Below, one piece after another: positions 9,708-19,361 of a stretch of 55,736 nucleotides of DNA. Where the stretch lies: NCBI GenBank assembly GCA_030699125.1, contig JAUYKM010000014.1:1-55736 (forward strand), written 5' to 3'. The position numbers and the translations under genes are program-made. Origin of the DNA: Candidatus Daviesbacteria bacterium. Its GTDB lineage: Bacteria > Patescibacteriota > Microgenomatia > Daviesbacterales > UBA10151. The notes beneath the pieces were generated by a model. It made no database searches and was not told the DNA's origin. It saw nothing but the letters and a program-made list of their open reading frames with translations. Positions within the stretch are counted from its first letter, which is position 1. The number at the start of each line of letters is the position of its first letter.

Positions 9708-9944
9708 CTAAAGTATTCCGAAAATCAAAACAATCAAGCCAATGGCAAATCCTCCGTGGATAATAGCTATAGCCTTTACCACCCCAGAAACAGGTGTGAT
9801 CAAGGTTTTTCCCATCAGATCAACCTGTCTGACAATCAGTAATGCAAATATAGCGTAAAATATCAAAATAAGCAAAACCACTCCTTTTAAAAACCCCTCA
9901 GCCAAAGATGTATTTAATAAATTAGATGAATTAGTAGTCGGCAT
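9708..9944 (-). CDS. Small two-TM membrane protein
   Basis: 78 aa, two hydrophobic helices, coupled to neighbouring genes. Confidence 0.65.
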   Translation of the reverse strand: MPTTNSSNLLNTSLAEGFLKGVVLLILIFYAIFALLIVRQVDLMGKTLITPVSGVVKAIAIIHGGFAIGLIVLIFGIL

Positions 9945-10492
9945 CAGTTTCCTCCAGACTTTTTTTGTGCCTGGTCCAAAATAAAATCAGCTACCTGATG
10001 TGGTCTTGGTACTTTGTGAAAATCCACACTTTTGCTGGCTCCGGCAGTCTGAACAAAGACATCTCCATAATGGAAAAGTGCTTGTAATATTCCGCCCATG
10101 GAAGATGATACATCTTCTACATTTCTTAAAGGGGCCACATCAATATTTCTAAAAAGCAGTGAGTGAAAATCTATATCCACAATATTTTTATTAGTCACAA
10201 TATAAACATTAAAATACCAAAAAAGAAACCCCTCAAAAACAATTATTAATACTAAAAGATAATTAATTAAAAGAAAAACTAATCTAAAAGATGCCGGTAT
10301 GAAAGATAGATCAAAATTGACAAGTGTCAAGATTCGAGGCAATAAAAAAGGGAGAAAAAATAAAAAAATAGCCAAAATTATCCAAGATAGGTTGGTAATG
10401 GGATGAGCCCTTAAAAGAAGCAGAATCTTTTCATCTCTGTCTTGGCCGGCAAAAGAGCAGTTTTGGGGATTCTCTATATAAGCTGGAAACAT
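9944..10492 (-). CDS. Membrane protein with bacterial PH domain
   Basis: Two TM helices, then YIVTNKNIVD...YGDVFVQTAG. Confidence 0.75.
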   Translation of the reverse strand: MFPAYIENPQNCSFAGQDRDEKILLLLRAHPITNLSWIILAIFLFFLPFLLPRILTLVNFDLSFIPASFRLVFLLINYLLVLIIVFEGFLFWYFNVYIVTNKNIVDIDFHSLLFRNIDVAPLRNVEDVSSSMGGILQALFHYGDVFVQTAGASKSVDFHKVPRPHQVADFILDQAQKKSGGN

Positions 10493-10517
10493 GGCTCAAG
10501 TATAGCACAACTTCTCC

Positions 10518-10586
10518 TGTCATTCCCGCGCAAGCGGGAATCTATACAAATAAATTTATGGATCCCGGATCAAGTCCGGGATGACA
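10518..10586. repeat. Family A palindromic element (paired hairpins)
   Basis: TGTCATTCCCGCGCAAGCGGGAATCT ... TGGATCCCGGATCAAGTCCGGGATGACA. Confidence 0.8.
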
Positions 10587-10593
10587 CTTTGTG

Positions 10594-12303
10594 TCACTTT
10601 AGCTCAATATTAAATAGCGGTCCTACAATCTGAATATTGGCGGGGGCTCTGAGGTTAAAGAAGTTTTTAAATTCTGCACCATTAAATGTTTCTGATCTAC
10701 CATCACCTGATACTGTCACAGAGGTAGTCATACCAGAGCCAAAATCAGCTGAAACCGTAACTGAGGAAACGCTATTGAAAGGACTGCCTCCTCTCCCTTG
10801 CAATTCTTGTTTGATTCTGGCCTCATCCCATGTTTCCTGCCCCTCAGGATTAGGTTTATCAGTCTGATAAATATGCGCAGAAACCCCTCCATCTCTTTTA
10901 GAAAGCATGATGACATTAGCAATATCCGCTACTTCATTAGATTTAAGCCAGGCAGATTTATTAAATTCTGCTCTGGTACCTTGGGCAGCATAAAAACAGG
11001 GCGATTCTTTGTCATAAGATAAAGAGGAAAGATCCCCAAAAGATCCAATATCGCCTGTGGTGTCTCTTAATCTTTTGGTATAGGAGCGGGAGTTCCAACC
11101 TACATCAGAGGAGCTGAAGGTATACCCCCCATCTGTTGATGAATAATAGGCAGAAATGGGAGAGCCTCCGGAAATCATCACTTTCCCGGCAGTTTGTTCA
11201 ACAGCTGCTTTCCAATTCCCTGATTTGGGAGGCTGCTTATAGACTTGACATGCTTGGGTGGTACAGATTTCTTTGGAACCATTGTTGGTATAGGATAAGG
11301 CATAAGAGCGGGCTGCGATGGCCTGGGCTTTTAAGGCCTCCATGGGCCAAGATTCGGGCATTTCATAAATCCCCAAAAGGTATGTTTCTATGGGCATTAA
11401 TCCATAGCCGGAAACGGAAATATTGATGTTATCTCTTTGTTCAAAGGAAAAATCCTGAAAATATGCCTGTAAAATCTGATCTGCAGATTGTCCTGCCTGG
11501 GCTCTACCTAAGGCTCCGTATTGGTTCATACCTACTCTGTGAGGAATGCCGTAGGTGAAAAAAGCAAAGGCAGGCCTAAACCCGGGATCAAACTTACCCT
11601 CACGATCATCCACGCAAAGAAGGGGGCCTGCGCCCAATGAGGTAGGTAAGTTTAGGGCTGCCTGACGAGAAGCAATAATTTGTTGCTGACGGGCACTTAA
11701 TTGGGCAATCTTGGTGGAAAGTTCTGCCTGGAATGCCTTAGCTTTAGAAACCTCGCCTCCGATAAACTTGGCATTTTTGTCTACCTCCACCTGTAAAGCG
11801 GCCAGTCTTATCTTGTCATTTTCCAGTTTTTCTTTTTGAGTCAAAAGATCAATCACATCCTTGGTGATAGAGGTAATAATTTGTTTGTCATCTTTGGTAA
11901 CTGTTTGATAATAGGATAATTCCCTAAATAGATTCCCTGAAGAGATGGAGGATAAAATTACAGTCATGGGATCAGTTAAATAAGAACGGATATAGTAGGC
12001 TCTGACTCTTTCTTCCAAAAGAGCCTGCTGCAAAGCCAATTTTTCTTCTCTTAAATCCAGCTCTTTTTGTTTGGTTTTAATATTGGCATTTAGTGTATTA
12101 ATAGAGGCTTGAATTTGAGCCAGTTGCCTTTGTAGAGACCGGAGTTGTCCTTCCAAAGGCTTGGTGGCATTAACGGATAACTCCCTTTGCTTGTTTAAAT
12201 CATCAATTTGCCTTTGCAGATCCTCTATTTCATCAGCAGAGGTAAAGCTAACAAGTAACAAGGCACAAGTAACAAGTAGGAAAATTGCCAGGAAACGGGG
12301 CAT
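10594..12303 (-). CDS. Secreted coiled-coil protein with SpoIID/LytB domain (peptidoglycan hydrolase)
   Basis: Signal peptide, coiled coil, EMPESWPMEALKAQAIAARSYA, CQVY, HRVGMNQYGA. Confidence 0.85.
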   Translation of the reverse strand: MPRFLAIFLLVTCALLLVSFTSADEIEDLQRQIDDLNKQRELSVNATKPLEGQLRSLQRQLAQIQASINTLNANIKTKQKELDLREEKLALQQALLEERVRAYYIRSYLTDPMTVILSSISSGNLFRELSYYQTVTKDDKQIITSITKDVIDLLTQKEKLENDKIRLAALQVEVDKNAKFIGGEVSKAKAFQAELSTKIAQLSARQQQIIASRQAALNLPTSLGAGPLLCVDDREGKFDPGFRPAFAFFTYGIPHRVGMNQYGALGRAQAGQSADQILQAYFQDFSFEQRDNINISVSGYGLMPIETYLLGIYEMPESWPMEALKAQAIAARSYALSYTNNGSKEICTTQACQVYKQPPKSGNWKAAVEQTAGKVMISGGSPISAYYSSTDGGYTFSSSDVGWNSRSYTKRLRDTTGDIGSFGDLSSLSYDKESPCFYAAQGTRAEFNKSAWLKSNEVADIANVIMLSKRDGGVSAHIYQTDKPNPEGQETWDEARIKQELQGRGGSPFNSVSSVTVSADFGSGMTTSVTVSGDGRSETFNGAEFKNFFNLRAPANIQIVGPLFNIELK

Positions 12304-12352
12304 GGTTTTATGATTTTACCATAGAAGAATCTTATCTAGAGCTAAAATAAGT

Positions 12353-12382
12353 TTGACACCTGTCGCCAGAATACCGTACCAT
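12353..12382 (+). promoter_or_regulatory. Sigma70-type promoter, probably leaderless transcript
   Basis: TTGACA-N18-TACCAT, 6 nt before ATG 12389. Confidence 0.5.
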
Positions 12383-12388
12383 TAATTC

Positions 12389-14362
12389 ATGGAGCTACCT
12401 AACTTGCCTAACTTACTCAAATTCAAATATACAGAAGGACCTTACTCCCCAAAATACAAACCTGTACCGCCAATTCCAGAAGCTGATCTTGGATCTAATC
12501 CTGTAGATATAGTCTCTCGTCCTATCGAGGGCACCCTTACTATTTCTGAAAAGAAAAAAATTAACCGTACAAATTTTGCTTTAGCTGTAGGAGGTAAAGT
12601 TTTCAATAATAGAGGCGATACTATTGAGGTTGAAGGCATTGCAGAACGGGCTCTAAAATCCATATATCGGGACTTAAAAGCATTTGATGAACGGACTGAA
12701 TTTTTCCAGAAGGAAATTGCAAAAATCCAACCTGATTATGAACCAAGAAGATTTTTGGGTCTTTTTAAACGTCCTTCTATCGCTAGGGAAGGTGCCGAAA
12801 ACACTATTGAGGAATATGAAGATGCAAACCAAAAACTACGCAAACAGATTGCTCAGAAAAGGGAGGGTATTAGTAAGTTACTATCTGAGCATCGTATACC
12901 AGGTGAAGTTTTGGGAGTATGGAATGACTTAATAGGCATTACTAAATTTCTTAGACAGAATCCCCAGGAAGAGGATTTTACTGCAGTACAGAAACAATTA
13001 GACTCCTTAAATATTAATCTCCCGCAAAGGGCCTCAGATGAAGGAGTCTCACCTCGATCATACCTTGAATTATTAATATCTGATACCGAAATTACAAGCC
13101 CTGGTTTTTCTGATTATGTATATTTAAGACTTGGATCACAACCTGCAGATAAGGAACTAGATGTCCTGCAGGAGGAGCTGGATAAACGAACTGTTTCCCA
13201 AAGTGAGGAGGCTAAACAATCTTATCAGCCGCTGGCTGAAACAAAAAATAAGGAAAGGTTACTAGCGCAAGATAAAACTACCTTAGAATTATCTTCTAAG
13301 AAAGGGCAAGAAATTGTTGATGATTTAGAGGTTATTGAAGTAGCTACAGAATTTATTAGGGAGCATTATTTGGTTGATGAATCTGAGATTAGCGCAATTG
13401 ATGATGAAACTTTAAGGATAACTGATTTAAAGGAACGCCTAGTTGCTTCTTTTGCAGAAGCTATCCAACTTTCGCGTGAGGTAAAAAAAATTAGAGGCAG
13501 CGAGCAAGGGAGAATTAGATCCAAATTCGAGCCAGATGCTACACCTGAAATGGAAAAGCAACTTAAGAAGGATGTAGCAACACTGGACAAGCGGCTACAA
13601 CAATTAAAACAGCGGAATGTTGATATTTTCGATTCTAAAAAAAGATTGACGGAAGCACCAGCTGAATTAAAAGCGGCGCTGGAATTAGTTAGCAGGCCAA
13701 ATTTTAATTTAGATCAGATGCCCAGAAATCAACGCAGGATTATTTTGTTGGATAATAAAAATTCCGGGCAGGAAATCTACATTACTGCACTAGTGGAGAT
13801 GGCAGTAGTACTTTTGGGAAAAGGCCAGATTAAAAGTTACGAGATGAATAATTCTGTTGATACTGTTATCAATGAGCAAACAGATTCTACAGAACTTACT
13901 AACCAGGCTAAAATTGCTCCTGAAAAAGTTGTTGAGGCAGTCATAAGAGGCGACGTTGATGCCTTTCAATTTATAGATATGTCCTCCCCTACAGATAATA
14001 AAGACCCTATTTATCTAAATTCAGTAAATAATGTCAGTTATTCTCCCGAACAATTAGCAGATTTTCTTCAAACTAAAGCCGATGAAGAAGCATTATCGGA
14101 TAAAGATACTGAAACTTATATTTACCAACTCATCTTAACAACTTCAAGAGATATGTATAAAGCTATCCTTTTTGAGAACAATACCATTAGGAGCGGGTCA
14201 ATAAACTTGATTAATCAGGAAGAGCTGGAAAACTTATGCAGGAGCTTAAATATGAATATTTCTAACATGGAAATAATTATGCGACTTAGCCAATTAATTC
14301 TAAATTTATTGGGAATAGCTGAAACAATAAGACTTTTTGGGCTGAAAAATCTCAAATATTAA
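12389..14362 (+). CDS. Hypothetical coiled-coil protein
   Basis: 657-aa ORF, charged and helical, own promoter. Confidence 0.7.
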   Translation: MELPNLPNLLKFKYTEGPYSPKYKPVPPIPEADLGSNPVDIVSRPIEGTLTISEKKKINRTNFALAVGGKVFNNRGDTIEVEGIAERALKSIYRDLKAFDERTEFFQKEIAKIQPDYEPRRFLGLFKRPSIAREGAENTIEEYEDANQKLRKQIAQKREGISKLLSEHRIPGEVLGVWNDLIGITKFLRQNPQEEDFTAVQKQLDSLNINLPQRASDEGVSPRSYLELLISDTEITSPGFSDYVYLRLGSQPADKELDVLQEELDKRTVSQSEEAKQSYQPLAETKNKERLLAQDKTTLELSSKKGQEIVDDLEVIEVATEFIREHYLVDESEISAIDDETLRITDLKERLVASFAEAIQLSREVKKIRGSEQGRIRSKFEPDATPEMEKQLKKDVATLDKRLQQLKQRNVDIFDSKKRLTEAPAELKAALELVSRPNFNLDQMPRNQRRIILLDNKNSGQEIYITALVEMAVVLLGKGQIKSYEMNNSVDTVINEQTDSTELTNQAKIAPEKVVEAVIRGDVDAFQFIDMSSPTDNKDPIYLNSVNNVSYSPEQLADFLQTKADEEALSDKDTETYIYQLILTTSRDMYKAILFENNTIRSGSINLINQEELENLCRSLNMNISNMEIIMRLSQLILNLLGIAETIRLFGLKNLKY

Positions 14363-14426
14363 GAAACGGCTTAAATAATTAGCCTGATATATACTTTTTT
14401 AAAAAAATTGTGCTAATCTGAAACTA

Positions 14427-15917
14427 ATGTCCAAAATTCTTTCATTCGTTTTATTCTATCTTCTCTGTATAGTTTTTTTTCTATTTCCAAAAAATGTGCA
14501 CGCTGCTGATATAAAAATGTGGGGTATAGAACTGAATACTCCAGGAACGGCAACAATGGAAGTAGATATAAAAACTACCAATCCAGATAAAAATTACACA
14601 TTTTATAGTGATACAAGCAAAGAAACAAATTCTAAACAAAAAAATGATTGCAAACGCTTTGTAAATCCTGGTCCGTGTATAGGTAACCGCTACATAGAAT
14701 CTGCCAGTTCAGGCACTACTAGAATCGAGATTACAGCAGTTCGGAAGTATGTTGATGGAGATTTATCAGACGGAAGCTATAAACTGATTAAAATGGATAC
14801 CCCTGGTGTAAATGGAACAACTATCTGGGATTTAAGAGGTAATGGTGAGATTGGATTTGTGACTTACGCTTGGACTGATGCAGAAAAATCTATACCAGCT
14901 CCAGGAACACCTACTACAAATTTAACTCCAACTGAAGTTGAGAAAAATGGGCAGATTTTAGCTTTAATAAATTTTCCTGATCCTAAAGCCCCAAGCTATA
15001 CAGTTACTATTGCCGATACACTTAATTTACAAAATCCAGTCAGCAGCTTAACTGTTCAATGTGATCCCAATGCTAACAAATGTGATTCTATAACTTCTGT
15101 TAAGAATTTAGACAATGCTAATTTAAGCCCAAATGGAAATGATCTTGGTTTTACCATAATTGCCCAAACCCTTGGTGGTCCAGCAAATTTCCCAATAGAA
15201 GATCATACTTATAACCTGGCAATAACTTATCCTGGGAAACCATCAAGTATCTTTATCGGTAAAACATTTTCAGTAATAGGTACTTCTACACTTAAAGTGG
15301 AATTAAACCCTTCAACCGTAGACCAAACTCAAGGACTCCAATCTATACAAGTAAAGCTGGCTGATGGTACCAGTGAAAGATATGAAGTTAAATTATTGAG
15401 CAAAAGCAATATATTCACTTGTTCAGGAGCCGGGTGTATTTACGATTTGTCTATTCCTCCTTTAACCGAAGGAAGCTATGTTGTCACAGCAACTAATCTA
15501 CGTGATTCAAGTATTCATGGATCAGCTGTTTTGAAAGTTACTGGTAACGTAATCCCGAGTAAAATACCCAGTATAGACTGTAAAAAAGAGCCTGAAAAGT
15601 GTGCTTCTGCTGGTGGGACTCAGTGCGGATCAGATGAAGATCCGGCCATATCAACTGCCATAGGGTGTATTCATACATCTCCTGCCTCATTTGTGAAAGA
15701 TACTATGAAATTCTTTGTTGCTATATCCGGAGGTTTGGCATTTTTAATGATGTTACTCGGAGCATTTCAGATGTTAACCTCTGCCGGTAATCCGGAAACT
15801 TTGGCTGCAGGAAAGGATAGACTGCAGTCTGCAGTCATCGGATTACTAATCATCATCTTTGCCACATTACTGCTAAGAATTATCGGACTTGATATACTGG
15901 GATTACCAGGATTTTAA
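14427..15917 (+). CDS. Secreted beta-rich protein with C-terminal TrbC/VirB2-like pilin domain
   Basis: Signal peptide (VHA-A), T/P/N-rich body, TAIGCI, then GAFQMLTSAGNPETLAAGKDRL. Confidence 0.75.
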   Translation: MSKILSFVLFYLLCIVFFLFPKNVHAADIKMWGIELNTPGTATMEVDIKTTNPDKNYTFYSDTSKETNSKQKNDCKRFVNPGPCIGNRYIESASSGTTRIEITAVRKYVDGDLSDGSYKLIKMDTPGVNGTTIWDLRGNGEIGFVTYAWTDAEKSIPAPGTPTTNLTPTEVEKNGQILALINFPDPKAPSYTVTIADTLNLQNPVSSLTVQCDPNANKCDSITSVKNLDNANLSPNGNDLGFTIIAQTLGGPANFPIEDHTYNLAITYPGKPSSIFIGKTFSVIGTSTLKVELNPSTVDQTQGLQSIQVKLADGTSERYEVKLLSKSNIFTCSGAGCIYDLSIPPLTEGSYVVTATNLRDSSIHGSAVLKVTGNVIPSKIPSIDCKKEPEKCASAGGTQCGSDEDPAISTAIGCIHTSPASFVKDTMKFFVAISGGLAFLMMLLGAFQMLTSAGNPETLAAGKDRLQSAVIGLLIIIFATLLLRIIGLDILGLPGF

Positions 15918-15918
15918 T

Positions 15919-16236
15919 ATGAACATTCCCTTCTTAAAAGAACTTTTTGAAAGTGAACAAAGTAATCCTGTGGTGAGCAGATTTGATAAGCTTAGCGATA
16001 TCCTATCCGGTCTTTTAAATATTGCCCTTTATATCGGGGTATTTTTAGCTTTTTACTGGCTAATCTGGGGGTCTTTTGAATATATTTTAGCCAAAGGTGA
16101 GAAAGAAGCTTTGGCTAAAGCAAGAGCTAGAATTACCTGGGCATTGATTGGACTGATTGTGATCTTTTTAGCTTTTATTTTGGCCAGATTTGCCGGGGAA
16201 ATTTTCCCTCCGGGAAGAGGAGGTTTACCATTTTAA
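15919..16236 (+). CDS. TrbC/VirB2-like pilin
   Basis: TM-GSFEYILAKGEKEALAKARARITWALIG-TM. Confidence 0.75.
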   Translation: MNIPFLKELFESEQSNPVVSRFDKLSDILSGLLNIALYIGVFLAFYWLIWGSFEYILAKGEKEALAKARARITWALIGLIVIFLAFILARFAGEIFPPGRGGLPF

Positions 16237-16535
16237 TGAAAGGCGTTGATATTAGCCAATTTTTCGGCTTTGGGGATATTACTTCTTTGGGGGAAGGTAC
16301 TTCCAGATTGGTGGCCCCTATTTTTTCCATTGCCATGGCTTTGGTACTTATATATTTTCTCTTGGGAGCTTTTAAATATTTAAGAGCCGGGGGCAATAAA
16401 GAAGAGGTGGAGGGAGCAAGACTCATGATTGAACATGCTCTTTTTGGCTTTATTCTTTTAATGTTTAGCTTTTTAGTGCTACAATTTTTATTGTACAGGC
16501 TATTTGGAATTACAGATTTTCAAATATTTAAATGA
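16236..16535 (+). CDS. TrbC/VirB2-like pilin
   Basis: TM-GAFKYLRAGGNKEEVEGAR-TM. Confidence 0.75.
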   Translation: MKGVDISQFFGFGDITSLGEGTSRLVAPIFSIAMALVLIYFLLGAFKYLRAGGNKEEVEGARLMIEHALFGFILLMFSFLVLQFLLYRLFGITDFQIFK

Positions 16536-16864
16536 AAGAGGTAAAGGATATTTTCGGCACAATTGAACCGCCCGATCAACTCAAAGGGTTGGTTGGTAAA
16601 GATCAAACAGGTACTCAAGGGCTTAGTTTATTTTTATCCCAATTGGTGGCTTTAATTTATGTGGCAGCAGCTGTCATGCTTTTATTTATGTTGCTTTGGG
16701 GGGGATGGGATTGGATGACCTCAGGTGGAGATAAGGAGAAACTGGCAGCAGCCAGGGATAAGCTAATCCATGCTTTAATTGGTATTGGTCTTTTTGCCGC
16801 TGCCTTTGCCATCATCAGAGTCATTGAGACAGCTTTTGGCTTCAAAATCACCCCGGATATTTAG
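16532..16864 (+). CDS. TrbC/VirB2-like pilin
   Basis: TM-GGWDWMTSGGDKEKLAAARDKL-TM. Confidence 0.75.
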   Translation: MKEVKDIFGTIEPPDQLKGLVGKDQTGTQGLSLFLSQLVALIYVAAAVMLLFMLLWGGWDWMTSGGDKEKLAAARDKLIHALIGIGLFAAAFAIIRVIETAFGFKITPDI

Positions 16865-16869
16865 CATAC

Positions 16870-16899
16870 TTGACAAGTAATTTATAGTATGCCTAAGAT
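16870..16899 (+). promoter_or_regulatory. Internal sigma70-type promoter in pilin array
   Basis: TTGACA-N18-TAAGAT, 6 nt before ATG 16906. Confidence 0.55.
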
Positions 16900-16905
16900 A
16901 AGATA

Positions 16906-17235
16906 ATGCAGGACCAAACAAGAGTTACCATTGAAAGACCTACTATAGACGGCGACCCGGTGGGTTTTGCCACTATTGGCGACTTTATTCAAAAAACACT
17001 GGCTTTGGCATTTATTATTGCTCTGATTGTGGTACTGGTAATGCTGATCATTGGGGCCTTTGAATGGATCACCTCAGGCGGAGACAAAGAGGCGGTGGGT
17101 AAAGCCAGGGGCAGAATTATCAATGCCTTAGTGGGTATGGCCATTTTAGCTGTGGCCTTTGCTCTATTCCAACTGGCCGGACAATTCTTAGGATTTAATG
17201 TTTTAGACTTTACCATTCCCACTCCAGCTCCCTAG
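16906..17235 (+). CDS. TrbC/VirB2-like pilin
   Basis: TM-GAFEWITSGGDKEAVGKARGRI-TM. Confidence 0.78.
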   Translation: MQDQTRVTIERPTIDGDPVGFATIGDFIQKTLALAFIIALIVVLVMLIIGAFEWITSGGDKEAVGKARGRIINALVGMAILAVAFALFQLAGQFLGFNVLDFTIPTPAP

Positions 17236-17238
17236 TAT

Positions 17239-17556
17239 ATGGGTCCAGATCCTGCAGGTTTACAAGAAATTGAGCAGCTTTTTATTAATCTAATCTCAGT
17301 GGTGGTAGGCTTGGGCTTTATTGCTCTTTTGGTCCTACTGGTTTGGGCCGGATTTAAATATTTAACCTCCGGCGGAGACCCTAAAAATGTCCAGGCTGCT
17401 CATCAGACTGTGACCTGGGCTCTCTTGGGGGTATTATTTCTGGCCATTGCCTGGTTGATACTACAGCTTGTGGCGGCTTTTACCGGACTGCCTGTAACCA
17501 TCTTTAACATCAATGCCTTATGTGAAGTCGGCGGCAGAAACTGGTGCCAGCCCTGA
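17239..17556 (+). CDS. TrbC/VirB2-like pilin
   Basis: TM-GFKYLTSGGDPKNVQAAHQTVTWALLG-TM. Confidence 0.78.
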   Translation: MGPDPAGLQEIEQLFINLISVVVGLGFIALLVLLVWAGFKYLTSGGDPKNVQAAHQTVTWALLGVLFLAIAWLILQLVAAFTGLPVTIFNINALCEVGGRNWCQP

Positions 17557-17578
17557 GCGACCGAAGGGAGTCGAAGGG
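17551..17578. repeat. Family C palindromic repeat
   Basis: CCCTGAGCGACCGAAGGGAGTCGAAGGG. Confidence 0.65.
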
Positions 17579-17623
17579 TTGCAATTTATCCTGAGACGCT
17601 ATACGCTAGTAGATAATCTGCCT

Positions 17624-19360
17624 ATGCAAGTCCTATTTAGAATTATTTTTTTCGCTTTATTCATTATTCTTACAGCTTTATTCTATTCTCCAACTGTTCT
17701 TGCTCAATCCCCTTCGACAAGCTCAGGGCAAGCTTCCACCCCTTCTGCCACTTTTCCATCCTCTAATTTCCAACCTCTAACTTCCAACCCACCCCCCACC
17801 TCCCCAGCCTATACTGATCTTTTTGTCCATAACATGTTTCATACCTTCTCTTGTTTCAGCATTGGCTCCTCCATTATTGGTCAACCCTGTTTAACTTATC
17901 AGGTGACCCAAAATGCCCAAGGGACCATCCTGTCTGTGCCGATTTTATCATCTGTTAATTTAGGAGGCGGGGCTTTGGGAACAACAGCCTCTTTAATTGG
18001 ACTATTATACACCAATCCACCGATCAGAACCGCTGATTACCTGGCCTCTTTAGGTAAAGGGTTTGGGATAGTTAAGGAAGCTCAGGCCCAGGGAGTGGTG
18101 GGATCAGGCAATGCGGTTTTATCCCCTATTTTAACTTTGTGGCAGGTATCCAGAAATATTGCCTACATCATCATGATTATTATTTTTGTCATCATAGGTT
18201 TAATGGTGATGTTTCGCCAAAGAATCAATCCCCAAACAGTGATCACTGCCCAGGCAGCGCTACCAGGATTAATCATCGGACTGATTCTGATTACTTTCTC
18301 TTATTTTTTTGCAGCCTTACTCACAGATATCGCTTTTGTGGGAACAAATTTGGTGGGTTATTATTTTTCAGCTGCTCAAGAAGTCACCCAGCCAAATTTA
18401 GTAGAAAGATCTGCTGACCAAAGTGTGTTAACTATTTTTAGCAGGTTTATCAATGCAATTACACGGGAAGACATTTCCAGTGCAGTAGGTACTATCTACA
18501 ACAGCGCAGGTACTAACGTCCAACTTTTCTTTAAAGCATTCGCCTCGCTTATTGCATTTCAGTTTGGTAGTGCAATTGGTGGCATATCCCCTGTATTTAC
18601 GGAGACAGTTAAATTAATCACAGGTGCTGTTGCTGCTTTAGCCACAGCGGTTTCCACAGTAGAAATTCTAGGCTGGGTTTTTTGGTTGATATCTATAGCA
18701 ATACTAATCTATTCTATGATAAAGCTATTGCTTCGCCTAATTAATACCTATCTAAACATTATTTTTTTAACTATTACTGCTCCTTTTCATTTTTTGGCAG
18801 CCTCGCTACCAGGCAGACAGGAGATAGCCACAGCCTGGGTTTTAAATATGCTTTGTAATATTCTGGCTTTTCCAGCAGTAATTGGTGTTTTTTATTTTGT
18901 GGCATTTCTACTCAAAGGAACATATCTACCGTTTACTACTACCGCTCCAGCTCCTTTAACCGGTAGTGCTACTTTTCCTCTTTTGGGAGGTTTAGATCTT
19001 AGTTTTATCAATATTCTTTTGGCGTTTGGGGCAATGTTAGCAACTCCGGCTATCCCGGATATCATTTGCAGAACAATCGGCAGAGCGACTCAAGCTGGAC
19101 AGTTACTCGGACAGGAAATCGGAGCCGGTGTGGCCGGTGGGAGGGGATATTTCCAGCAATTTGGCGGTGGGCTAGGTGGAGCAGGAACACAGATTGGTAG
19201 AACTATCGGGGCAGTTAGAGGGCAACGAGCTCTGCGATGGGATGCCGAAGCAAATAATGGAAGAGGCGGATGGGTAGTATCTACAGAACCTGCTGCGACC
19301 TTTGCTCAACCAGGTGAAATAGCTAGGGGCAGAGCTGAGTTAGAAAGAAGGATTCGATAA
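17624..19360 (+). CDS. Polytopic membrane protein, VirB6-like position and topology
   Basis: Signal peptide, multiple TM helices, Gly-rich tail; follows the pilins; ATG 17624 preferred. Confidence 0.6.
   Translation: MQVLFRIIFFALFIILTALFYSPTVLAQSPSTSSGQASTPSATFPSSNFQPLTSNPPPTSPAYTDLFVHNMFHTFSCFSIGSSIIGQPCLTYQVTQNAQGTILSVPILSSVNLGGGALGTTASLIGLLYTNPPIRTADYLASLGKGFGIVKEAQAQGVVGSGNAVLSPILTLWQVSRNIAYIIMIIIFVIIGLMVMFRQRINPQTVITAQAALPGLIIGLILITFSYFFAALLTDIAFVGTNLVGYYFSAAQEVTQPNLVERSADQSVLTIFSRFINAITREDISSAVGTIYNSAGTNVQLFFKAFASLIAFQFGSAIGGISPVFTETVKLITGAVAALATAVSTVEILGWVFWLISIAILIYSMIKLLLRLINTYLNIIFLTITAPFHFLAASLPGRQEIATAWVLNMLCNILAFPAVIGVFYFVAFLLKGTYLPFTTTAPAPLTGSATFPLLGGLDLSFINILLAFGAMLATPAIPDIICRTIGRATQAGQLLGQEIGAGVAGGRGYFQQFGGGLGGAGTQIGRTIGAVRGQRALRWDAEANNGRGGWVVSTEPAATFAQPGEIARGRAELERRIR
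17710..17732. repeat. Family C repeat inserted in frame (PSTSSGQ)
   Basis: CCCTTCGACAAGCTCAGGGCAAG. Confidence 0.7.
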
Positions 19361-19361
19361 A

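Noticed and set aside
17513-17623. Upstream extension of the VirB6-like ORF
   Set aside because: It overlaps the pilin gene and a repeat; the signal peptide starts at ATG 17624.
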